Below, piece after piece: positions 48,618 through 56,361 of a stretch of 64,000 nt of DNA (position 1 is the stretch's first letter; the number at the start of each line of letters is the position of its first letter). This stretch comes from Dehalococcoidia bacterium (lineage in GTDB: Bacteria > Chloroflexota > Dehalococcoidia > Lucifugimonadales > UBA3495). The notes beneath the pieces are model-generated. The model was not told the DNA's origin and searched no databases. It saw only the letters and a program-made list of their open reading frames with translations. The stretch spans positions 898-64,897 of the forward strand of contig DAOUJS010000146.1 of NCBI GenBank assembly GCA_034422355.1, written 5' to 3'. A program made the position numbers and the translations under genes.

Positions 48618-49319
48618 TTATCGACGACTCAGGTGCTCTTCCACCTCCCGGAGGTCCTTGAAGGAATCGACACTCCGCCAGAATGCCCTGGACTTGAGCG
48701 CAGAGATCTTGCCAGCCTCGGCCAACCGGGGGAACGTCTCAGTCTCGTGGTCGCCTGTCTCCGGCAGTTCCTGGGCCATCCGGCGGTCAAAGAGGTAGAC
48801 GCCAGCGTTGATCCAGTGGGGCAACTCCACCTTCTCCCGGAAGCCGGTGACACCGCCGTTGTCGTCCATATCAACCAGACCGTAGGGGCTAACGAATGGA
48901 ACGACCATGATGGTGGCCTGATGAGAAGGGTCCGCTGCCTTGCTCTCCCGGTATCGCCTGGCGATGGCGTCGAAGCTCTCGTCAGTTACCACATCTCCGT
49001 TGAGGACTGCTACCGTGTCTTCCTCTTCGGGCACATGGGGGAATCCCAGCTTGATGGCCCCGCCGCGGCCCAGGGGCGAGTCTTCGACGCTGTAGTGGGC
49101 GCGGACCCCGAAGTTGCGCCCGTCGCCGAAGAAGTCCTTGATAACCTGCCAGCGGTATCCCGCCAGGAAAACCACATCGGTAACGCCGCCGGACTTGAGC
49201 CACTCGATCTGGTGCCACAGAATCGGCTGGCCGTGCACGGGCACCATCGGCTTGGGAACGGTATCGGTCAGGGGCCGAAGCCTCTCGCCCTTGCCGCCTG
49301 CGAGAATCAGGGCATACAT
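48618..49319 (-). CDS. sugar-phosphate nucleotidyltransferase
   Basis: MYALILAGGKGERLRPLTDTVPKPMVPV. Confidence 0.9.
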   Translation of the reverse strand: MYALILAGGKGERLRPLTDTVPKPMVPVHGQPILWHQIEWLKSGGVTDVVFLAGYRWQVIKDFFGDGRNFGVRAHYSVEDSPLGRGGAIKLGFPHVPEEEDTVAVLNGDVVTDESFDAIARRYRESKAADPSHQATIMVVPFVSPYGLVDMDDNGGVTGFREKVELPHWINAGVYLFDRRMAQELPETGDHETETFPRLAEAGKISALKSRAFWRSVDSFKDLREVEEHLSRR

Positions 49320-49444
49320 GGACGCTGTCCTCGCACTGATGTATGGGATGCGCCGGTATTCTGGTTGGGGCCTAATATAACCGCATTGAGGTTAGGCGGT
49401 CAAATGAGCGATCTGCAATACCGGCGCGTGATGGAGGAGCGATA

Positions 49445-49505
49445 GGATGTGGCTACCCAAGCGGGTCACGGGGAACTCTGAGAGGTACTGTTCTCAGTAA
49501 GGTAG
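49445..49505 (+). repeat. dispersed repeat, copy G (3' module conserved)
   Basis: GGATG...(53 nt)...TGTTCTCAGTAAGGTAG. Shares GTTCTCAG(A)TAAGGTAG with copy B and has the same GGAT-to-CTCAG length as copy E. Confidence 0.55.
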
Positions 49506-49713
49506 AGGTTCGATGATACCCGTAATGTGGGTTAGGCGCTACCGCTCTATGTGGTTGAGAAAATTGCGAAACCCACTTGTGCGGAGAATGGGCTGCGGAA
49601 GGGGATTAATCCGTGACGACAACCGCAATCGGCAAGTTGGAAGTGGTCAATGAGTTTCAAGGAAAAGTGGCTTGAGTGACACGTCTCCGGTTCGTTTGTT
49701 GTTTGCAAAAATG

Positions 49714-49738
49714 AAAAGGGCCGGAAATCCGGCCCTTT
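49714..49738 (-). terminator. rho-independent terminator (bidirectional)
   Basis: AAAA-GGGCCGG-aaat-CCGGCCC-TTT. On the minus strand the stem is followed by TTTTCATTTTT. Confidence 0.75.
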
Positions 49739-49748
49739 GTTTATCGGT

Positions 49749-49889
49749 TCAGACATCCCGTGATGGGGTTCGGGTAACATCGCGCTTTGGTGGCGGCGGT
49801 GGCGGCGGTGGCGGCTTGGTGACGTTATTAGGCTTCGGATTGAATCCCTTTTTAATTGTGCTGGGTGGAGGATTCGGTACTCTTACCAT
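49749..49889 (-). CDS. 46-aa proline-rich basic peptide (not in the ORF track)
   Basis: MVRVPNPPPSTIKKGFNPKPNNVTKPPPPPPPPPKRDVTRTPSRDV. GGGAGG SD 6 nt upstream. Starts 22 nt after the upstream stop and is followed by the terminator. Confidence 0.4.
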   Translation of the reverse strand: MVRVPNPPPSTIKKGFNPKPNNVTKPPPPPPPPPKRDVTRTPSRDV

Positions 49890-49911
49890 TTCTTACCTCC
49901 CTGTCAGTAAC

Positions 49912-50499
49912 TTATCTCGACCTTAGGTATTCTACCATAATGACGTCGTTTGCGGGAACGACTACAGCGACCACGTCCTCCAAGGGTATACGGCACTCTC
50001 CATCTAGCCATTCAGCGTCAGCGATCCTGAAGTGGCCTCTGTCGGGACTGGACGGCCATTCCTCCGGCCATCCGTATAGTCGTCGGTCTCCTTGTAAATG
50101 TAGAACCACATAGCAGTCGTCATTTTTGAAGAAGGAAGAGTACCATACCGATGGATAAGCGCCTTCTTTGGTAATCTTGATGAATCGAAGCAGTGCATGT
50201 AACCAGTCGTGGTTGAAGACTAAAGAAGCGAGCAACCCCATTAGTACTGCGATTATCGCAGCTAGGATAATATCTACATGTTGACGTTCATGAAAGTCTA
50301 TCAGGGGTGTTTTGTTGCTTATCCATAGAATAAATACTGTGATCGCCTGGATCAAGCTGGTGAAAATCAGAGCCTGGAATATACGCTCGAATTCACTGGG
50401 CTTCGGATGAGATGTGAGAGAATGGAAAATAGCTCCGGCCACGAAACCAGGCAGCAGAAAAGTGAGGATGTTTACAATTTCACTAGATGCCCAATTCAA
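49912..50499 (-). CDS. hypothetical membrane protein (3-4 N-terminal TM helices plus soluble C-terminal domain)
   Basis: 195 aa in a visibly AT-richer segment. TTG start. I cannot place the family with confidence. Confidence 0.6.
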   Translation of the reverse strand: MNWASSEIVNILTFLLPGFVAGAIFHSLTSHPKPSEFERIFQALIFTSLIQAITVFILWISNKTPLIDFHERQHVDIILAAIIAVLMGLLASLVFNHDWLHALLRFIKITKEGAYPSVWYSSFFKNDDCYVVLHLQGDRRLYGWPEEWPSSPDRGHFRIADAEWLDGECRIPLEDVVAVVVPANDVIMVEYLRSR

Positions 50500-50648
50500 G
50501 GTATCGTTCCATGTTCCTGATGTCTAATGGAGGCTCCATAGCCAGACTCAACCCTTAAGAGAGGAGAGCAATTGCCAAGGTGATGATCGGCCATGACCTC
50601 ATGGTACATTATCTCACCAAGGAGGTCTCCAGTCATGAGGTAAATGAG

Positions 50649-50719
50649 CTACCCGGCCTGGGTTCGAACCAGGGATTTCAGCTCCAAAGGCTGACGTGTT
50701 GCCACTACACTACCGGGCA
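50649..50719 (-). tRNA. tRNA-Gln (anticodon UUG)
   Basis: Manual cloverleaf. Acceptor TGCCCGG/CCGGGTA with U1-A72 and G73. D stem GTGT/ACAC. Anticodon stem TCAGC/GCTGA with loop CTTTGGA. T arm CCTGG-TTCGAAC-CCAGG. CCA is not encoded. Confidence 0.9.
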
Positions 50720-50770
50720 ATTCGCGGGGCTGCGGGAGACGCCCCATATATCCATTCTGCTACCGGAGGC

Positions 50771-51229
50771 TTAGGGCGTCAAGTAATCCGGGGCATGGCC
50801 GGTCCCGGACGCCAGGAACCGCTCCAGTATAAGCATGGCCGACGCCTCATCCACCGAACCTCTCCGGCGGGAAGGCTGTTGGCCAGATTCGCGCAAGAGG
50901 GCCTCGGCCTCTACCGAGGTGAAACGCTCGTCGGTCGTATACACGGGGATGGAGGTGCGCTTTCTCAGGGCACTGGCAAACCTGCAGGCACGGCGGGCCT
51001 GCGGACCCGTGCTTCCGTCGAGGGAGTAGGGCATCCCCACCACGAACCCATCTGCCTCCCGGTCTCGCGCCGCCGCGAGTACCCTGTCCAGGTCCTCAGA
51101 TAGCTTGGTACGGGCCAGGTGGCCAGCGGGGAAGACCAGCGTGGTGGAAGTGTCCCCAAAGGCCATGCCGATACGCCGCTCTCCCAGGTCCAGCGCCAAA
51201 AATCTCAGCGCCAAGTCCTCCTTGACCAC
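50771..51229 (-). CDS. ruvX: Holliday-junction-resolvase-like RuvX (YqgF)
   Basis: LALDLGERRIGMAFGD. Lies downstream of alaS, as in many bacteria. Confidence 0.9.
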   Translation of the reverse strand: MVKEDLALRFLALDLGERRIGMAFGDTSTTLVFPAGHLARTKLSEDLDRVLAAARDREADGFVVGMPYSLDGSTGPQARRACRFASALRKRTSIPVYTTDERFTSVEAEALLRESGQQPSRRRGSVDEASAMLILERFLASGTGHAPDYLTP

Positions 51230-51285
51230 TCCAGGATTAGGAATGTGGGTTCCCGTTAAAACTGGAGTGTGGGATAGGGCCGCGG

Positions 51286-54216
51286 TTATGTCAACGCCTG
51301 ACGAACCAAATCCGCCACGCCGGAGAGGGCCTCGTCCAGCTTGTCGGCGCGCCTGCCACCGGCTTGGGCAATCTCCGGACGTCCGCCGCCCCCGCCGCCC
51401 ATTACCCTGGCAGTATCGCGGGCCAGGTTGCCGGCGTGGAGGCCCTTGTCCACCAGGTCGGGCGTCACCATAGCCACCAGGAGCGGGTTGCCCTCGGCCA
51501 CGCAGCCGAGTATCACGACTGCGCTTTCGAGCCTTGCTTTCAGGAAGTCTCCCATTTCCCGCATCGCGTCCGGGCCAGTGGCCGACGTGCGGGCGGCTAC
51601 TACCTTCACGCCGCCCACATCGGCAGCGCGGCCCAGGATGGCCTCGGCCTCGGACCGAAGGGTTGCCCGCTCCATCGCGGCCAGCCGCCGACGCATGTCT
51701 TCGTTATCCTGGATGAAGCTCTCCAGCCGGGTCTCCAGGTCAGCAACCGGGGTTTGCAGCCTTTGGGAAAGGGCGTCCAGCCGGGACGCCTGCTCTACGA
51801 ACAACTGCTCAGCAGCCCGGCCCGTCACCGCCTCGATGCGCCGCATTCCGCCGCCGATGCTTGACTCCCCGAGGACGAACATCGTGCCCACCTGCCCGGT
51901 GGCCGAAACATGGGTGCCACCGCATACCTCGACGCTGAAGGGTTCGTCATTGGACATGCGGACGACCCTGACCACGTCGCCGTAACGGTCGCCGAAGAAT
52001 GCCAACGCCCCCTGGCCCACGGCCTCGGTGTAGGTGGTCTCGCGGGACGACACTTCCAGGTTTTCCCGCACCTTGTCGTTGGAAAGAGACTGCACGGATA
52101 GTATCTCCTCGGGCGACATGGGGCTTACGTGGCTAAAGTCGAACCGCAGCCGCTCCGGGGCCACGTGAGAACCGGCCTGCCTGACGTGCGCGCCCAGCAC
52201 CGAGCGAAGGCTGGCGTGCAGCAGGTGAGTGCCGCTATGGTTGCGGGCCGCGTCCAGACGCCGGTGGGAGTCCACTTCCGCGTTAACCCGCTCGCCTATG
52301 GAAATGTCCCCTCGCTGTACCACCCCACGATGTACGACAAGCCCGGCCACGGGACTCTGGGTATCTTCCACACTCACGACGGCGTTGGCAGATATGATGG
52401 TCCCCTGGTCTCCCACCTGGCCGCCGCCTTCGGGATAAAAGGGCGTTTCCAACAGCACGACCTCGACGCTCTGGCCCTGGGTAGCGAATCCCACCGACTC
52501 GCCCTCGACCATCATGGCGGCCACCACTGACTCCTGGCGGAGGCCGTCGTATCCGACGAACCGGGTCCGCTCCACTCCCAGGTTCTCGTAGGCCGACAGC
52601 ATCTCCATGCTGCCGCCGAAAGCCTGGGCTGCCCTGGATTGCTCCCGCCGGGACTCCATTTCCCGCTGGAAGCCGTCCATATCTACATCCAGCCCGGCCT
52701 CGCGGGCAATCTCGGCGGTAAGTTCCGGGGGAAACCCGTAGGTGTCGTAGAGGACAAAGGTCTCCTTGCCCGTAATATCCCCCATCAGCAGCGCGGCCGC
52801 CTCCTTGCGGCGGTCGTTGCGCCGCTGTTGCTCAGGGGACGAGGCTTCGTAAATTTCCTTCGCCAGGTCGGCAACCGCCTCGGTGTACAGCCTAACGGCC
52901 ACGTTATCCCCCCTAGATTCTCCGCCGAGCACACCCGGATTTGCTTCCACCCACTGGAGAGGGGTAGGCAACTCCACCCTCCGGGCAGCGCAGTCCTCCG
53001 CTACCTCAATGTATACTTCCCTTAGCGCCATCAAGTCCCGGAGAATCTCACTGCCGCGCTCGAAAGCCTCTGTGAACCGTTCTTCTTCCAGCCGTATCAC
53101 ACGCAGGATGAAGTCCCGGTTTTCCGACAGCTCCCGGTATCCGGACTGGAAGTTGTCTATGACGGCCTCGGCCACCTGGGACAGGAACGGTCCCTCCAGG
53201 CCCAACTGCCGGCCGTAGCGGATTGCACGCCGGACCACGCGGCGCAGCACGTAGCCCCGGCCCTCGTTGCCCGGTACAACCCCGTCGCCAATGAGGAACG
53301 TCGCCGCCCTGGAATGTTCGGCCACCACCCGCAGGGAGTAGTCAGTCTCCCGGTCTGCGCCGTAACTCTTGCCGGTAAGCTCGCAGGCTTTGGCTACCAT
53401 CGGCCACAGGAGGTCCGTCTCGAACACGTTGGACTTCTCCTGCAAAACAGCGGCGGCGCGCTCAAGGCCCATTCCCGTATCCACGCTGGGCGCGGGCAAT
53501 GGAGAGCGGTTGCGCTCCGGGTCCTGGTAGAACTGCATGAACACCAGGTTCCAAAGTTCCACGAACCGCTCGCAATCGCAGTTGGGGTGGCAGCCGGGGA
53601 TTGGTTGCGACGTCCCGCTGTCCCGCTCTTCCCGGAGCAGGGCAGTAAGCACGTCCGGTTCAAGCATTGGTGAGCAACCCTTCTCAGCGCCGCCGTCGTA
53701 GTGCAGTTCCGAGCATGGGCCAGTGGGACCTTCGGTGCCGGCAGGTCCCCACCAGTTGTCCGAATCGCCGTAGCGGTAGATGCGTTCCGGAGGGATGCCA
53801 ATCTGATCACGCCAAATCCCGTAGGCTTCGTCGTCGTCCAAATGGATGGTGACGAAGATACGGTCGGCCTCAAGCCCGAAACCCTGGGTCATCAACTCCC
53901 AGGCGAAGGCCACGGCGTCGTTCTTGAAGTAGTCGCCGATGCTGAAGTTGCCCAGCATCTCAAAGAAGGTCAGGTGCTTGTGGTCCCCCACCTCGTCGAT
54001 GTCAGTGGTGCGGAAACTCTTCTGGATGCTGGTCAGGCGGCGGGAAGGGGGCGTCTGCTCGCCCATGAAGAAGGGCTTAAAAGGAACCATCCCGGCGCTG
54101 GTAAAAAGCAGCGTTGGATCGCCTGCCGGGATGAGAGACGCGCTGGGCATTCTCAGGTGGCCGCGCTCCTCGAAAAAGCGGGTGTACAACTGTCTTATCT
54201 GGTCGCCCGTCATCAT
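51286..54216 (-). CDS. alaS: alanine--tRNA ligase
   Basis: MMTGDQIRQLYTRFFEERGH..., FTSAGM, editing-domain HSGTHLLH, C-terminal DHHA1. The ORF-track start at 54315 is too long. Confidence 0.97.
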   Translation of the reverse strand: MMTGDQIRQLYTRFFEERGHLRMPSASLIPAGDPTLLFTSAGMVPFKPFFMGEQTPPSRRLTSIQKSFRTTDIDEVGDHKHLTFFEMLGNFSIGDYFKNDAVAFAWELMTQGFGLEADRIFVTIHLDDDEAYGIWRDQIGIPPERIYRYGDSDNWWGPAGTEGPTGPCSELHYDGGAEKGCSPMLEPDVLTALLREERDSGTSQPIPGCHPNCDCERFVELWNLVFMQFYQDPERNRSPLPAPSVDTGMGLERAAAVLQEKSNVFETDLLWPMVAKACELTGKSYGADRETDYSLRVVAEHSRAATFLIGDGVVPGNEGRGYVLRRVVRRAIRYGRQLGLEGPFLSQVAEAVIDNFQSGYRELSENRDFILRVIRLEEERFTEAFERGSEILRDLMALREVYIEVAEDCAARRVELPTPLQWVEANPGVLGGESRGDNVAVRLYTEAVADLAKEIYEASSPEQQRRNDRRKEAAALLMGDITGKETFVLYDTYGFPPELTAEIAREAGLDVDMDGFQREMESRREQSRAAQAFGGSMEMLSAYENLGVERTRFVGYDGLRQESVVAAMMVEGESVGFATQGQSVEVVLLETPFYPEGGGQVGDQGTIISANAVVSVEDTQSPVAGLVVHRGVVQRGDISIGERVNAEVDSHRRLDAARNHSGTHLLHASLRSVLGAHVRQAGSHVAPERLRFDFSHVSPMSPEEILSVQSLSNDKVRENLEVSSRETTYTEAVGQGALAFFGDRYGDVVRVVRMSNDEPFSVEVCGGTHVSATGQVGTMFVLGESSIGGGMRRIEAVTGRAAEQLFVEQASRLDALSQRLQTPVADLETRLESFIQDNEDMRRRLAAMERATLRSEAEAILGRAADVGGVKVVAARTSATGPDAMREMGDFLKARLESAVVILGCVAEGNPLLVAMVTPDLVDKGLHAGNLARDTARVMGGGGGGRPEIAQAGGRRADKLDEALSGVADLVRQALT

Positions 54217-54323
54217 TCCGCACCCCATTCTCGTTGCATTACGGATTACGTTACGTTGTCCGAAATTGTATGCCACGAGGAAATTAGCGTCAATTACCGG
54301 GCCGAGCCGGAACACTAAGGCTG

Positions 54324-54353
54324 TTGACCCTCGGCAATCGCGGGCACTAGAAT
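54324..54353 (+). promoter_or_regulatory. candidate promoter TTGACC-18-TAGAAT
   Basis: Upstream of the SWIM gene in the divergent alaS intergenic region. Confidence 0.35.
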
Positions 54354-54435
54354 TGATAGAGTGATAGCAAGGTCGCCATCATCCTCGATCCTGCTGGGCG
54401 ACCGTAATCACTGTCTAAGGGGCATGGAGGTGTAA

Positions 54436-54690
54436 ATGGACTCCAGCATCATCGGCAAGATCGATAAGGCCAGGAAATACGCTGAGGAGAAAGAGCGGGT
54501 CACCATCTCCGAGTTGAGTGTCCTATTTGAGGGGAACCACAACACCTATCAAGTGGACTTCAGGTCGGGTACTTGGTCTTGTGAGTGCCACTTTTTCCAG
54601 ACCAGGGGTGTGTGCAGCCACATCATGGCCCTTCAACGCATGCTGGCTGGGATGCTGGTCCAGAAGGAGAACGCGACGGCGGCATCCTAA
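54436..54690 (+). CDS. SWIM zinc-finger protein
   Basis: CECHFFQTRGVCSHIMAL equals CxC-x9-CxH. GGAGG SD. Confidence 0.7.
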   Translation: MDSSIIGKIDKARKYAEEKERVTISELSVLFEGNHNTYQVDFRSGTWSCECHFFQTRGVCSHIMALQRMLAGMLVQKENATAAS

Positions 54691-54692
54691 GG

Positions 54693-54750
54693 GACGGATC
54701 CTATCCGCCGCTCCCCGGCCGGCACACTGGCATGAGACGACGTTCTTCAG
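54693..54750 (+). repeat. dispersed ~57-nt repeat, copy C
   Basis: GACGGATCCTATCCGCCGCTCCCCGGCCGGCACACTGGCATGAGACGACGTTCTTCAG. Starts 3 nt after the SWIM stop codon. Confidence 0.85.
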
Positions 54751-54854
54751 TGTGGGCAGTGGCTAACCACTCATTTCACTAGCCGCTGACAACCGGCCAC
54801 CAACCACCCGAGGCACGGGTCCAAGACGCGCGCACCGGCCCCACACACCGGAAA

Positions 54855-54911
54855 CGTGGATCCTCAGCGTCCGCTCCGGTCCTCCGCCAGTGTATGGGGC
54901 AACGTTCTCAG
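54855..54911 (+). repeat. dispersed ~57-nt repeat, copy D (diverged)
   Basis: CGTGGATCCTCAGCGTCCGCTCCGGTCCTCCGCCAGTGTATGGGGCAACGTTCTCAG. Lies 59 nt upstream of the MFS start. Confidence 0.7.
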
Positions 54912-54969
54912 ATATGAAGGGCCGCACAGGTTGCAGCAAGAAGAAGGTCAAACAGGCTCCAAGACCCGC

Positions 54970-56262
54970 ATGTCCCTTCCGCCCGCCCTCCAGTATCCGG
55001 CATACCGCCTCTACTGGCTTGGGATGCTGGTCTCGGTCAGCGGGTTTCAGATGTTCCGTGCGGCCCAGGCCTGGTTTGTCTATGAACTGACCGGATCTCC
55101 TCTTTTCCTGGGCTACGCCGCCGCCGCCAGCGCCGCGCCCGGCATCGTATTCAACCTCTTCGGCGGTGTGTTCGCCGACAAGCTGGACAAACGCCTGCTG
55201 GTAATGGCCACCCAGGCAGCCAATGCCGGCCTGATCCTCCTCCTCGGCATAATGACTCTGTTGGACGTCGTGGAGGTCTGGCACGTACTGGTCATAGTGT
55301 TTCTGTCCGGCTCGGTGGAAGCTTTTGACACCCCGGCGCGCCAGGCAATCTATCCCCACCTGATAGATCGTCGGGCAATGATGAGTGCCGTCGCGTTGAA
55401 CTCCTCGGTCTGGTCGGGCAACCGTATCGTCGCCCCGGCGATTGCGGGCTTCATCATCGCCCTGACCAATATGGAGACCTCGTTCTTCGTCGCCGCCTTC
55501 TGCTTTTCCGTAATGGCGGTCGTCATGGTTTTTCTGAAAGTACCCGCCATACCACAGGGAGGCCGGGGCAACCCCCTTCAGGATATGTTCGAGGGGCTGA
55601 GTTTCATCGGCCGCAACTCCATATTCTCCTTCCTGATCGGGATGACCTTCTTCAACAGCTTCTTTGGCATGGCCTACGTCTTCCTGATGCCCATGTTCGC
55701 CCAGGACAGCCTTGGCTTGGGCGCGGGCGAGTACGGCACGCTCCTGAGTGCCGGCGGCGTCGGCTCGCTGCTCGTGACCCTCTGGCTCGGTTCCAGGAGG
55801 GACACCCGGTACAAAGGGCTGCTGATAATCGGTGGCGCAGTGTTGTTCGGCATATCGCTGATCGTGTTTGGGATCACATCCAAGTACATCGGCTCCTTCG
55901 AGCTGGCGCTGGTAATCCTGTTCCTGATGGGCGCCGTCACGTCGACCTACATGATCTCGATTCAGAGTTCGCTGCAAATGATGGTGCCCGACCGGATGCG
56001 CGGTCGGGTCATGGGCTTCTACGGCATGACCTGGAGCATAATGCCCATGGGAGGGCTACAGGCGGGGGCTTTGGCCAACATCGCATTCATCGGAGCGCCC
56101 TTTGCCGTGGTCATAGGCGGGCTGGCAGTGGCCGCCTTTGCCATCGGCCCGGCCCTGCTCAACGGAAAAGTGCGCAACCTGGGCTGGGAGCTCAACCAGG
56201 CCGAAACAGCAGCCGTGGCAGACCTCCAACCCCAGCCGGCCACGTCTTCAAGCGACAATTGA
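54970..56262 (+). CDS. MFS transporter
   Basis: MSLPPALQYPAYRLYWLGMLVS... with about 12 TM segments. The ORF-track start at 54856 runs through repeat D. Confidence 0.85.
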   Translation: MSLPPALQYPAYRLYWLGMLVSVSGFQMFRAAQAWFVYELTGSPLFLGYAAAASAAPGIVFNLFGGVFADKLDKRLLVMATQAANAGLILLLGIMTLLDVVEVWHVLVIVFLSGSVEAFDTPARQAIYPHLIDRRAMMSAVALNSSVWSGNRIVAPAIAGFIIALTNMETSFFVAAFCFSVMAVVMVFLKVPAIPQGGRGNPLQDMFEGLSFIGRNSIFSFLIGMTFFNSFFGMAYVFLMPMFAQDSLGLGAGEYGTLLSAGGVGSLLVTLWLGSRRDTRYKGLLIIGGAVLFGISLIVFGITSKYIGSFELALVILFLMGAVTSTYMISIQSSLQMMVPDRMRGRVMGFYGMTWSIMPMGGLQAGALANIAFIGAPFAVVIGGLAVAAFAIGPALLNGKVRNLGWELNQAETAAVADLQPQPATSSSDN

Positions 56263-56312
56263 ACCCTGCACCCCGCACGTCAGACACGCTAATCACCGCA
56301 TTTGCGCCGTCG

Positions 56313-56341
56313 TTGACATGCGATTGGGCTGCGGTTACACT
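56313..56341 (+). promoter_or_regulatory. promoter TTGACA-17-TACACT upstream of hemA
   Basis: TTGACA at 56313-56318 and TACACT at 56336-56341. The leader is very short. Confidence 0.5.
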
Positions 56342-56361
56342 CCAACCTGGGCAGGTATATA

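Noticed and set aside
49500-49525. A direct repeat of the tRNA-Gln 3' end (att site) at the left border of the AT-rich islet.
   Set aside because: Only GGTTCGA (7 nt) matches the T-arm region, which is not significant.
49788-49814. (GGTGGCGGC)x3 tandem repeat as a possible CRISPR, VNTR or other non-coding repeat.
   Set aside because: There are only three 9-nt units with no spacers. The repeat is the Pro9 coding run of the minus-strand micro-ORF.
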